Shown here in pieces: positions 1 through 11,100 of a stretch of 37,290 bases of DNA (the stretch's first letter is position 1; each line of letters begins with the position of its first letter). The notes beneath the pieces are model-generated. The model was not told the DNA's origin and made no database searches. It saw only the letters and a program-made list of their open reading frames with translations. Origin of the DNA: Pedosphaera sp. Lineage in GTDB: Bacteria; Verrucomicrobiota; Verrucomicrobiia; Limisphaerales; SIBH01. The DNA lies in NCBI GenBank assembly GCA_031414955.1, contig JANOQV010000109.1:1-37290 (forward strand). Direction: 5' to 3'. Position numbers and translations under genes: made by a program.

Positions 1-70
1 GGAGCGGCGGCATCCCTGCCGCCGGGATCAGAGGCAGAACTCCCCACGGCGGCAGGGATGCCGCCGCTCC
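1..70. repeat. REP-like palindrome, perfect 24-bp inverted repeat inside the kinase reading frame
   Basis: 1-24 GGAGCGGCGGCATCCCTGCCGCCG is the exact reverse complement of 47-70; 22-nt loop. Confidence 0.9.
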
Positions 71-3000
71 CAACCGCCGCGTCCACCGCCGGCACGCCGG
101 GCTACATGGCCCCGGAGCAATCCTCCGCGCCGCAGCAGGTGGATGCGCGGGCCGACATCTATTCGCTCGGCGTCGTCTTCTACGAAATGCTCACCGGCGA
201 ACTGCCCGGCGCGAAACTTCAGCCGCCTTCGCGCAAAGTGCAGATCGATGTGCGGCTGGATGAAATCGTCCTGCGCGCGTTGGAGTCGAAGCCGGAACTT
301 CGCTACCAGACGGCGGGCGAGTTCCGCACTCAGATTGAGACGCTCACCACAACCAACCCGAAACCCGAAACCAGAAGCCCGGTAAAGCCCACCCGCCTGT
401 TGAAGACCTGCACCAGCACCTTCACCACGCCGGAGCGGCTGGCCACGCTCACCGGACAGTTATTCCTCCACCGCACCCGCGGGCCGCTGATTCTCGACGA
501 ACACCAACTAACTTTCGACGGCCCAGGGACGCGGACGGTGATTCCACTCACGGCCATCCGCGACCTGAGCATCGGGGAATACCCGCGCTTGATGAATCCC
601 GCCGGACTCGCGTTGCTCAGTGTCACCTACGAGGAGGCGGGCCAGAGCCGCCGCGTCTTCCTCTCGCCGATGGAAGGTTTCATTGGCCTGCCCTCGACCT
701 GGAACGCGCGCGTGATCGAGTGGCACGCGGCCATTCACGCCGCCATTGTCGGCGCGACCGGTCGGCTGCCGGGCACCACACCGATGGAGCGCCTCGGCAT
801 CCCTTCCAGCGCGCCGGGCGTTGGCTTGATGATGCTGCTCAGTCCCTTGCTGGTCGGGGCAATTTTCCTGGCCTTTCTGTTTTGGTTCCGCCGTCCCGGT
901 GACCAGTGGGAGGCGATTCACTTCATTCCGCTGCTCACGATCATGGCGAGTTTTCTCGTGCCCATGTTGTTCCTGAAAAAGCGGCGCGGCTGGGTGATCG
1001 GAGCGTTGGCCGCGCTCATCACCTTGGGTGTGTTCCTCGTGATCCACAGCGTTACCAGTCGCCCCGCGGCCAGCGAAGCCATCAAGCAAACGTGGATCGA
1101 TCCCGTGGGCGTGAGCAACAACGTGGTCGTCGTGGACATCTCCACCGTGGTCGAACGCTGGAGCGCCGAGGTGCGCGCCGGACTGATCGGGCCGCGCCCG
1201 ACGGCGGATGAAGAAGCGGCACTCAAGGAGGACGTTGCGCCCGGCTTCAACGGCTTGTTCATCAAGCCCGTGCCCACGTCCGGCAATCAATCGTGGAAAC
1301 TGCATCCGGCCGGAAGGCACACCTGGCGCGTCGGTTTCGCGCTGCCCACGGCGGCGCTCGCGCAACAGGCGTTCCGTGGCCTGCAGCCGCTCAACTCGTT
1401 CACGAGCGCCTCGGGGGCGGGCTACGAATCAAAACTCTTCACCGTGCGCGCGACCGACGGCGCCGAATACCGCGCGGAGATTCAGGTCGCACCGCCGTTG
1501 CACTCGGGAAACCCGGAGTGGGTTCATGTTCTCGGCCAAAGTTCGCGCAGCGACACCGACGTGCGAGTCACCTGGCAGATCGAGGCCGCCCAACCCGGCT
1601 ACGTGCGCCTGACCCGGCCCGGCGTGTACGCGCCGCTCCAGACGGTCCAACTCCGCGCCAATCCCAAAACCAAGTTCTACGAGGCGGAGGTGAGCTTGGA
1701 ACTCCTTCGCCTCGGCTCGAACCAAGTGCGGATTACTCGCAAGGTGGCTGGCGCGTCGGCCTCCGAGGGATTCCCGGGGCGTTTCAGCGATCTGGCAGAT
1801 GAAATGACCCGGACCGCGCAACTCAGCGCCAAGACCATGCGCGGGGAACTGACGGAATTGGGCTGCGTAAACGGCAAAGCGTTAGTCGTGCAAGTAAACA
1901 ACATCGCCGGTTCCCCCAGCCCGAGTTACAGCCCGGCGACAACCGCGCCCCTGCCGTCAGACGGATTGTCCATGCTGTCTCCGATCATCGGCCAAGGCAT
2001 TCCCACGAATAGCTTTTGCTCCGCGACGACCATCTTGAAACGCCGGCACGTCGGCGTGTGGACGTTTACCCTGGAAACTCCTGAAGGCACCAACGTCGTC
2101 CCGGAGGTAAGCTTTTGGGCCCTGGCGCAAAACGCCCCGGAACCGCTGTCGGTGAGGGCGGACTGGATAGCCCGCCCCCGCTACACCGACGTGACGACCG
2201 TGGACTTGTCCGTGGACGTGTCCGGCAGCCGTTTCATGAACACAGGGGAAAATTTTCCCAGGTTGACGAATTATTCCTGGAACGCCGTCCCGCAGACCCG
2301 CTCCTACTGGGTTGGCCCGGGGGAATGGAGCCTGAACGACACCAATCAAATCACCATCCTCGAAGGTGTGAGGCGGGACGATCCGAATCATCGCGCCATA
2401 GTGCGATTGGGCTTCAGCCTGTTCGCCCTGCCGAGTGGGTTCACGCCCGTCGGGAACGCCAGTCGCACCCCTCTCATCAGGTCTGGCCTCGACTGGCGGG
2501 CCGCCCTGCGCCTGCCCGGCGAAGTGGATCTTCCAGTGACGCGCCTTGGCCTGTCGGAGACCGGCGCTCCCTTGCCGCAACCGGCCTTCACGACCCATAC
2601 GACCATCGGAGCGACATGGTTGACTCTGCTGGGCGTAGTCGTTGTCTTCGCGGTTGGCGGTGGCATCGGTCTCGTGCTGCTGATCTCGTTGGTGCGCAAG
2701 CGCGGATCAAACGCTGTCAAAGTTCTGGCCCTCCTCTGCGGCGTGGCCTTGCTCCTGTTCCTCCTCCTCGCCGGCTTGGTCCTCACCTGGGTGAAATCTC
2801 GTCGGGCGGAAGCAACCCGGGCCGTGGCAGTCGAGCAACAGGCCATCATGGTTGAACGCCAGCAGCTCCAGCGACCGGTGGAAGAGCACGCGAATGGAAT
2901 GGCGTCTCCTCCGCTGATTGCGGGCCCCTCGGCTGGGATCGGCGTCGCCCTGCGCAGGCAGAATGAGAGCTTCATCATCCACTCCATCATTCCGAACACT

Positions 3001-3255
3001 CCGGCGGCGCGCGACGGCCGGCTCAAGGCGGGCGATCAGGTGCTGGCTTTGGAAGAGCAAGGGCGTGACGCGGTGTATCTCGACGGCATGTCCCTCGTCG
3101 AAGTGGTCAAGCTTCTGCGCGGCGCCGAGGGCAGCGCCGTCACGCTGCATGTCCAGCCAGTTGGACAGGCGCTCGGTGAGCTGGTGCGGATTCGATTGGT
3201 GCGTGAACGTCTGGCCTTGCTCGAAGCGGAAGCCAAGGAACAGGTGCTGCCCTGA
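1..3255 (+). CDS. Membrane Ser/Thr (Hanks-type) protein kinase, 5'-truncated by the window edge, with several transmembrane segments and a C-terminal PDZ domain
   Basis: Frame is open from nt 1. Kinase subdomains VIII-XI are visible (GTPGYMAPE, ADIYSLGVVFYEMLTGELP, ALESKPELRYQTA). Several hydrophobic segments follow. C-terminus GIGVALR...IIPNTPAARDGRLKAGDQVLAL...LRGAEGSAVTL is PDZ-like. The ATG at 58 is not the real start. Confidence 0.85.
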   Translation, partial: GAAASLPPGSEAELPTAAGMPPLPTAASTAGTPGYMAPEQSSAPQQVDARADIYSLGVVFYEMLTGELPGAKLQPPSRKVQIDVRLDEIVLRALESKPELRYQTAGEFRTQIETLTTTNPKPETRSPVKPTRLLKTCTSTFTTPERLATLTGQLFLHRTRGPLILDEHQLTFDGPGTRTVIPLTAIRDLSIGEYPRLMNPAGLALLSVTYEEAGQSRRVFLSPMEGFIGLPSTWNARVIEWHAAIHAAIVGATGRLPGTTPMERLGIPSSAPGVGLMMLLSPLLVGAIFLAFLFWFRRPGDQWEAIHFIPLLTIMASFLVPMLFLKKRRGWVIGALAALITLGVFLVIHSVTSRPAASEAIKQTWIDPVGVSNNVVVVDISTVVERWSAEVRAGLIGPRPTADEEAALKEDVAPGFNGLFIKPVPTSGNQSWKLHPAGRHTWRVGFALPTAALAQQAFRGLQPLNSFTSASGAGYESKLFTVRATDGAEYRAEIQVAPPLHSGNPEWVHVLGQSSRSDTDVRVTWQIEAAQPGYVRLTRPGVYAPLQTVQLRANPKTKFYEAEVSLELLRLGSNQVRITRKVAGASASEGFPGRFSDLADEMTRTAQLSAKTMRGELTELGCVNGKALVVQVNNIAGSPSPSYSPATTAPLPSDGLSMLSPIIGQGIPTNSFCSATTILKRRHVGVWTFTLETPEGTNVVPEVSFWALAQNAPEPLSVRADWIARPRYTDVTTVDLSVDVSGSRFMNTGENFPRLTNYSWNAVPQTRSYWVGPGEWSLNDTNQITILEGVRRDDPNHRAIVRLGFSLFALPSGFTPVGNASRTPLIRSGLDWRAALRLPGEVDLPVTRLGLSETGAPLPQPAFTTHTTIGATWLTLLGVVVVFAVGGGIGLVLLISLVRKRGSNAVKVLALLCGVALLLFLLLAGLVLTWVKSRRAEATRAVAVEQQAIMVERQQLQRPVEEHANGMASPPLIAGPSAGIGVALRRQNESFIIHSIIPNTPAARDGRLKAGDQVLALEEQGRDAVYLDGMSLVEVVKLLRGAEGSAVTLHVQPVGQALGELVRIRLVRERLALLEAEAKEQVLP

Positions 3256-3354
3256 ACTTAAACCGACCCCGGCCGGAAAAGTATTTTACGAAAGGCTTCG
3301 AGACCTTTATGTCATGGGCGGGCACGCGCCCATCAGAATCAGAAGATACAAACT

Positions 3355-4281
3355 ATGAAACGCTTATTCCTTGTCCCCCTCGTCCTCTTAACTCTGGCCC
3401 TGGCCCAAGCAGGCCAGGCCATCGAAGCCCCGCCCTATTTTGGCGGCCTGCGCATCGAAGTGACCAACCAACTGGCCCTGGCCAGCAATGCCGTGCCCAG
3501 GAGTACCTCCTTGATTCTCGCTTTGAAGAAAGCCCTCAGGACGATCGACACCGCCAATCCCACCAACCTGGTCAAGGATGCCAAGTCGCTGTCCCTCCTC
3601 GCCTCCACCTTGAACCGCACCGTCCTCTCCAACCTTTTCGACCTCCATCTCCAGGGTCTGGCCGACCTCTATGTGGACGATTTCACCGTTCTCGAAGACG
3701 AACTCTCCGACCGCCTCGCTTTGACCTACCCCTCCCGGTCGCACACCGCCGCCCTCAAGTCCCTTGGCCGTATGCTGGCCGCGCTCCAGGTCGGCAGCAC
3801 CAACGTCAACACCACCAAAGCCACCCGGTCCATCTACCGGGCGGGTACCAACTTCAGCCTGGCGCTGAAGCAGGTGGCGCGAGCCGAGGCCGCCCTCGCG
3901 CCGGCCTCGCGCATCATCGCCCGGGTCACTGGAGCCGCGCCTTCTTCCACTTTCCGGACTTCGGGACTCAGCATCTCCAATCCGACCGAGAACAACTTCA
4001 ACCTCATCGGCGTCCACGCCTCCCTGAACGGTCATATCGTCAGCTTCACCCTTTACGGGGTCAACGATGGCACCTCCACCGTCCCCATCACCGAAGGCAG
4101 CCTGCTGGCGGGAACCTTGCATCCGCGGAGTTTTAGCGAAAATATTACGGGCACGGCGACCGTCACCAGAATCCCGGGCCTCAACACCCTGTATGGCACC
4201 TTCACCTTCACGGCGGTGGATGAGGATAACCCCGCCGCCTCGGCCACCATCACGGGCACATTTTTCGGAACGTACCTCTGA
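3355..4281 (+). CDS. Secreted hypothetical protein (308 aa)
   Basis: Sec-type signal peptide MKRLFLVPLVLLTLALAQAGQA; high-GC3 codon usage; no family recognised. Confidence 0.75.
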   Translation: MKRLFLVPLVLLTLALAQAGQAIEAPPYFGGLRIEVTNQLALASNAVPRSTSLILALKKALRTIDTANPTNLVKDAKSLSLLASTLNRTVLSNLFDLHLQGLADLYVDDFTVLEDELSDRLALTYPSRSHTAALKSLGRMLAALQVGSTNVNTTKATRSIYRAGTNFSLALKQVARAEAALAPASRIIARVTGAAPSSTFRTSGLSISNPTENNFNLIGVHASLNGHIVSFTLYGVNDGTSTVPITEGSLLAGTLHPRSFSENITGTATVTRIPGLNTLYGTFTFTAVDEDNPAASATITGTFFGTYL

Positions 4282-4432
4282 GGCTCGGCCTCTGCTCGAT
4301 CGCGCGCGGATGGAGACATCCGCGCGCTTTTTCATTTCCCTGGGCCGGTCGAGACCATGAGCACCAGGCGCGGATCATCGCGACGAATCATGATCTTAAC
4401 GACGGGCGTGCTCAGGCCACCAGAAGGGGGGG

Positions 4433-4617
4433 CAGGGCCGACGCATCAAAATGTTTGGTTCCACGGGCTAAAATCCAAATCCCAAATAAGCTCTCAATTC
4501 CAAACTCCCATGGGAGTGCGAACGCCTGGTATTGGAATTTGGGCCGTTGGAATTTATTTGGAATTTGGGATTTGGGATTTCGTGCGAAACACCGCGAAAT
4601 TAGATGGGCCTGCCCTG
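4433..4617. mobile_element. MITE-like element with CAGGGC termini and a 13-bp target-site duplication
   Basis: Imperfect terminal inverted repeats 4433-4452 and 4598-4617 (15/20 match). Flanks CCAGAAGGGGGGG (4420-4432) and CCAGAAGGGGAGG (4618-4630) match 12/13. No transposase inside. Confidence 0.6.
4471..4580. repeat. AT-rich inverted array of heptamer-like units (AAATCCC/AATTCCA facing TGGAATT/GGGATTT)
   Basis: aaatccaaatcccaaataagctctcaattccaaa on the left pairs with ttggaatttgggccgttggaatttatttggaatttgggatttgggattt on the right. Confidence 0.75.
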
Positions 4618-4668
4618 CCAGAAGGGGAGGCTTGCGGTGCGGCGACAAACCAGTACCATCCCGGCGCA

Positions 4669-4827
4669 ATGAAATTGTTTCTCGCTTTCGCAGTGTGGGG
4701 TGGCATGGCGGCAGTGCTGGCCGTGGGTCTGGTCCTGGCCGTGGCGGGCAAGCCCCTGCTCCTGGCCCTGGGCGTGCTGGGCTTCGTGCTGCTGGTGGCC
4801 AAGTATGGCTGCCTGACCCACGACTGA
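4669..4827 (+). CDS. Small membrane protein (52 aa, two predicted TM helices)
   Basis: MKLFLAFAVWGGMAAVLAVGLVLAVAGKPLLLALGVLGFVLLVAKYGCLTHD; strong GC3 bias. The longer ORF from 4357 runs through the repeat element and is unlikely. Confidence 0.7.
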   Translation: MKLFLAFAVWGGMAAVLAVGLVLAVAGKPLLLALGVLGFVLLVAKYGCLTHD

Positions 4828-5124
4828 CCTCGCCCTCGATCCGCCTGCTCCCTCTCTTCCCGGCCTCGGCCTTCTTCTGGCTCCGCTTCGCCCGGATTAT
4901 TTCCGCGCATGTCCATGCCTCAAGCGCATCATCCGGGCGCTCATCTGCCCGAAGGGCACTCCCTTGTCCCCAGACTGCGCGCGGTAGTTTAAGCCCGAAT
5001 TCCGAAGTCGAACCTCAGCCCGGCCCGTGTGCGGCCCGACCGCAACCGTCCCGCCCTTCCGGCCTCGGAATTCGAGTTAAGAGCATGTCCGCGCCCAACT
5101 GGCCAGGCCCGGGCAGGATTCTGG

Positions 5125-8100
5125 CTACGGTCGCAAGACGATGCGGTAGAGGCGTTGCGTGTTCGTGCCCACGGGGTCGGCGAGGCTCAGGGCCGGGCCG
5201 GGCGCGGGAAGGTTGGTGGCGAGGGTGCTCCAGTTGGCTTCGCTCAGGTGGTTCTTGTATTCCACATCGTAACTGCGTCCGGTGATCGTGTTCCAACCCA
5301 GCGTGACGATCTGGTTGGAGACCGTGATGCTGGTCCGCAGTTCCGACGCTGCCACCACCACCTCGAAAGTGCGTGTGGCGTTGAGCGCGCCCGGCCCGTC
5401 GTCGGTGGCTCGAACGGAGAACACGTTCGTGCCCACGGCGTTGGCCACCCAGGTGAAGTTGCCGTTGGTGGCGTGGATGCTCGCGCCGGAGGGCGGCGGG
5501 CTGGCGAAGTCGAAGGTGATGAGCTGCGGGGGCAAATCCGAGTCGATGGCGGTGGCGGTGAAGGAAACATTCTCGCCGAGCGCGGCGGTGCGATTCGTGA
5601 TCGCGTCGAGCAGCGGCGGGACGTTGGCCTCGGCCACGGTGACGGCCACGAGGAAGGAATCGCTGAACTCGGGGCTGCCGTTGTCGGTGGCGCGAATGCG
5701 GAGGTTGTAAATGCCCGGTCCCTGGCCCTCGGTCGGAGTCCAGGCGAAGCTGCCAGTCACGGGGTCGATGGTCGGGCCGGCCGGAAGATTCTTCGTGTCG
5801 AGGCTGTAGGTGAGTTGCTGCGCGGGCAGATCGGGATCGGTGGCGCTGACGGTGAAGGCGAGGAGCGATCCTTCGGTCACGAACTGGTCTCCGACGGGCG
5901 GGAGCACCGGATGGCTGTTGGTCTTCACGACCGTGATGGTGAAGCTCTGGGTGGCGCTGAGCGGGGGCAGGCCGTTGTCGGCCACGCGAATGGAGATGGG
6001 GAAGGCGTTGCCGCCGTCGAGTTCGCCGGGCAGCCAGTTGAAGGTGCCGTTGGTCGATCCGATGGAGGCGGCGGGCGGAGCGCCGGGCAGCAGGGACCAG
6101 GTGAGTTGCTGGAAGGGCAGGTTGGCGTCGTTGGCGGCGGCAACGAAGAAGACGAGTTGGTTCTCGAACAAGGTCTGGCTGCTGAGGGGACTGAGCACGG
6201 GCGTGGCGTTGGGCTGGGGATAGAAGTTGGCCGCGCGCGGGGTGAGGTTGGTCAGATTGTAGAACGATCCGGTGCCATCCGGGTAGCGTCCGCGCGCCAG
6301 GTCGGTGGTCTGGAGGCCGAAGGTGACGGAGTCGATGGCCAGCCCGGTGGGCGTGAAGAGGCCGAGGGCTTCGCCGGATTTCGCGAGGCTGAAGTCGGCG
6401 TGCAGGTCGGGCCGGGCGGCGCTGTTCTGGCCCGGCTCATTGTCGGCCCAGACGAGCAAGTAGCCGTGCGCCGGCACCGTGTAGCCGGGCGGGATCTGAT
6501 ACTTGAACTTGTTGGTCAGCGTGTCCGTGAGGAAATAGCCGCCGAGGCTGACGGCGTTGCTGCCGGGGTTGTAGATCTCGAACCAATCCTCGAAGTCACC
6601 GTCCGCCGGATCGGCCAGCGCGCCAATGTTGTCGGCCAGCCATTCGTTGATGAAGACCACGACGGGCGGGAGCGTGCCGTTGTTGGTCGCGGCGGGCGTG
6701 ACGAAGTAAAACTCCTGGCGCGTGAACAACTGGCCGTCGGGGAAGGAGCCGTAGGAGTGGTCGAGACCGGCGAGGTGATTCACGTAATCGAGCACTTGCG
6801 TCTGGTTGTTGGAGATGCGCGTGAGCGCGAGCGAGCCGGAGCCGCTGGGCAGGCGGAAGCTGGTGTGCAGCTCGTTGTTGGTCGATGGCGCGGGCTGGCC
6901 GTCGCAGAAGACGATCAGGAATTGCGTCGGGCCAATCGAGACGTTGGTGGGGAAGGGCCACTGGAGCAGGTTGGTGTAGCGGTCGGTGAGCCAGAGGTTG
7001 GTCAGGGTCACGGTGTTGCTGCCGGCGTTGAAGATTTCGATCCACGGTTCACGCTCGGCGTTGTTGTCCAAAATCCCGCTCAGGTTGTCGGCCTGGACTT
7101 CGTTGATCCAAAGGTTGGGGAAGGGGACCAGGTTCGTCGCACCCTGGTTGTTGGTGCCGGGCGAGAGCGTGTTGGTGCCGGCCACGAGCAGGATGGGCGG
7201 CACGTAGTTGGAGGGCGTGTAGGTCACGGAGACGTTGGTCGTCAGGTTAAGCGGGCCGCTGTTGAGCAGTTTCACGGTCAGGTTGGTGGCCGCGCTGGTG
7301 GCGTAGAACCAGAAGCTCAGGGTGTGAACGGCGTTGGTCAGCGGGGCCGGAGAAAGCAACTGCGAGACGACGCGCGGTTGGGCATTGGCAAAGGTGGCGC
7401 AGACGAGTTGCAACGCGCCGCTGCCGGCGTGGACCGGGTTCCCGACGATGAGCGTGTTGGTGTAGTTGGTTCCGATGTGCCAGCTATTGGTCAGGGCCGG
7501 CACCTCGAGGAGCGGAGTGCTTTCGAAGTCGCCGTTGCGGACGAAGTTGTAGCCCACGGCGGCGTTGGTGCCTGCGACCACCGAGATGTCGTCCAGCGCC
7601 ACGTTGGCCCCGTTGATTTCGCCGCTGCCCAGATTGATGACCAACCGCATCTGCTGGCCGCCCGCGCCGGGACCGGCGATGCCCGTGGCGCTCACGAAGC
7701 GCCAGCCGGCGTTGGTCTGCGCGGGTGTGATGATCTCGGGCGAGTAGAGGTTGCTGTGGTAGAGCGCGAACCAGTTGCCGGGCCGGCTGTTGTCCTGGCG
7801 CGGGTCGATGAGTTGCAGGGAGGAGCCGGTGGCGTTGGCGTTGGTCGTCCACGGCGGCGCACTGTCGTAGCGCACCTTGTCGATGGCGACATCCGTGGCC
7901 GTGGTCAGGCCGGGCTTGACCAGGGTGAGCGTCTCGCCGTTGGCCTGGAGGTTGCCCGCGAAGAAGGCGGAGGGAATGATGTTCGTGCCGTGGGCCAGGG
8001 CGAAGGCCACCTGATCTTTCGCCAGGAGGAAGAAGGTGCGCGGCGTCATCACCACGCCCTCGGGAAACACATAGTCCACGCCATCCAGCCGCCAGCCCGA

Positions 8101-11100
8101 CAGGTCGAAGCTCACGTTGCTCGAAGTGTTGAACAGCTCGACGTATTCCGCGCCGGGTACGAGCGGGTCGAACATGATCTCGTTGATGACCAGAAAATCC
8201 TGTGGCGGCGCGGCAGGCGCGGTGACGTTCACGTTGATGGTGTCGGTGGCGTTGGTGATGGCGCGGCCATAAAGGTCGTAGCCTATGACGGTGAGCGCGT
8301 TGGTGCCGGGCGGCAGCGCCACGCGCACGCTCCAGTTCGTCAGCGTCGTCCAGGTGATTTGATACTCGATGCCGTTCACCTCGATGCGACTGATCTCCAG
8401 CGGAGCGCGTCCGGTCAGCGTGACGAGGTTGTTGCCCGTGGAGAATTCCACGCCGCCATTGTTCTGAATGTCAAAGGGCGCGGTGTTGTTGGCCGCGATC
8501 TGCCCGAGGATGTAAGCGCGCCGCGCGGCGATGAAATCCTTGATGCCCTGCGGACTGCCCACGCCGCTGCCCGCCGCCGTCATCCCGTTGAAGCGCGCGT
8601 CGAGAATCGTGTCGGACCGTCCGGCGGTCATGAAGCCGTTCGCCGCCTCGATGAGCGCCTGCCAGTAGATGCGGGTGAAGGGCGCGTGGTCATTGCGCGG
8701 GCCGTGGTCCGCGCCGCCAATGCCGAAGAGGTTCGCATCCGTGGCGCTGCCGCCGAAGGCGAAGTCGATGTCCCAGAGGAGCAAGTCCCACGGCCCGTTC
8801 TCGGTCTTGTACATGAAGGCGTTCTGGCCGCCACCGTAGGAGAAGCTGTCGCCGTTGTTGTAGAGATGCTGCGTGACGTGGACCTTGTACCACTCGCGCA
8901 CGTCGAAGAAATTGGTCAGCACCGTCGTGTAGGCCGGCGTGTTGATGGCCGCCGGCGTGAGCGTGGCGTTCACCAGGGCGTAGAGGTTCGTGTAGTCATT
9001 GAACTCCTGCACGGAACTGGAGCGCCGCGGGAGCGTCTGCCGGTAGCGCGCCATTTTGTAAGCGCCGCCCGTGGTCGTGTACCGGGCGAAGTTCGCCCCG
9101 ATGGCGGTGTAGCCCGCCTCGCCCGCGCCGTAGGCCGTGTCGCCAAACTCGAAGCCCAGTTGAATCTTGTGCAACTCGCCATTGGCGTCGTCGGGATACC
9201 ACTGCTCGACGAAATCGCCGTTGGGCTGCTGGGCATCGTGAAACACGCCGCGCAACTGGCTGTTCACCCGCACGAGGACCGGCCGGTGGTAGAGGAACGG
9301 CGTGCCAAACTCCTTCGCGAACCAGTGCCCGTGGACTTCCGCTTGCGCCGTGCCGTCGCCGCCGCCGTTGCCGGGACGGAACAAGTTGATGTCCGTCTCG
9401 CCGAGGAACTTGTCGTCACTCGGGAAGCCCATGTCGTAATCGCAGCCCGCGCTGACGGGTGAATCGTAGGCTGGCGAGTGATACGGGCTGCCGTGGAACC
9501 AGGCGCCCGCGTTATAGACGACGCGGTTGGTGCCGTAGAGGAAGGTCACGTCCTTGGGCTTGTTGCTCATCTTCTCCTCCGCCGTCCAGCGGGCGATGTT
9601 GGCCTGGCTGATCCAGAAGCGATACAGGCCGAGCGTGTTGTTGCCGTAAACCGCCGTGTCGCCCCAGCTCACCAGACACTCGCGCGTGGGCGCGTCGCTC
9701 GGAAAGCGCGCGCCGAGAGCGGGAGAAACCTTGTCCGCCGCCTGGATGAAAAACGCCGCCACCGCGCCCGCCGCCTGGCCGGGAATGACGGCGCTGAAAT
9801 AGCCCGCGCCATTGTTGGTCATGCTCACGGTGGTGAAGTTCGTCACCGGATCGATCCGGTAACTGAGCAGCATGGTGGCCAGCCCGTCGGGATCGGAGGC
9901 GCGCGCCGTGACCAGCACCTGCTGGCTCGCCGCCGGCAGCGGAGGCCAGTGGGCCACGTCGGAGATGGCCGGCGCGGCGTTGGTCGTGGCGTTGCCGTTG
10001 ATCGCGCCGGGCGTGCCGAGATTGCGCGCCGTGACCACGTAGCCGGGCGCTTCCATGTAATTGCCGCGCAAGCGCAGCAACAGGTTCGGGTTGCCCTTCA
10101 GCCAGCGGACTTTGGCGCGGAGCGTCACGTTGACCGTGCCGGAGGCGAGGGTGAAGGGCAGTTGGGTGCGGATGCGGTTCGCCCCGGCGTCGCCGCGACC
10201 CGTGGTGCGCAGGTGCAACGAGCGCGTGCCGGCGTACGCTTCGGTGGTTTCGAGGCTCGTGGCGTTGTGATTGCCCTGGAAGACCCAGTTGTTCGTGCCG
10301 GTCTCGAACGTCCCGTTGCCGATGATGTTGGTGCCGTAGCTCGCGGCGAAGATTTCCACGTTGTCGATCAGCACCTCGCCCGCGCCCATCAGCGTGATGT
10401 GCAATTGCGTGGCGTTCTCGTAGCCGTTGTCCATCACGCCGGTGGCCTCGACGTTCACCCACGCGCTCTTGGCGCTCTCGTCGCTGTCGGCCCAGTTGGG
10501 CGCGAGCCGGCGGTTCGCGCGCCAGTCGCGCAGCTCCAGGCTGCTGCCGCCACCGCCCGCCCATTGGCCCCAGCGCCCGCCGTCGCGATACGACACCTCG
10601 TCCATGACGATGTGAATGGTGTTGGTGACCGGCTGGCCCAGTCCGTTGGTGGAAACCGTCTCGTCCGGCATGGTCAGGGCGATGCGTTCGCCGCTGTTCT
10701 TGAGCGAACCCTCCCAGTCGCCGAGGCAATTCGTCGTGGACAAGACACCCGGATAATTCCCGCGCAGCCGCCCCGCGTTGGCCGCGAGCACGAGGTAGCC
10801 CTTGGCCGGGATGACGGTGTTGTTCGGCAGCGTGAATTTCACCGCATCCTTGAGCTTCCACTTGCTCACGTTCAGGGCGTTGGTGCCGGGGTTGTACAGC
10901 TCCACGAACTCGTCATCGCTGTTGTCCGAGGCGGGGTCGTACATGATCTCGTTGATGACCACCACCGGCGCGCGGATGGCCGTGTTGTTCGTGCCGGGAG
11001 TCTTGGTTTGCAGCCGGTGAAACTCCTCCCCGCCATCCGGGGCGCGTCCCGTGGACACGCCGTTCTCCTGGCCCTCAAAGCGCACCGCGTCGAGCACGCG

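Noticed and set aside
4357..4668. Longer start for the small membrane protein, with a GIWxxGI-type peptide
   Set aside because: That peptide is simply the translation of the heptamer repeat element.
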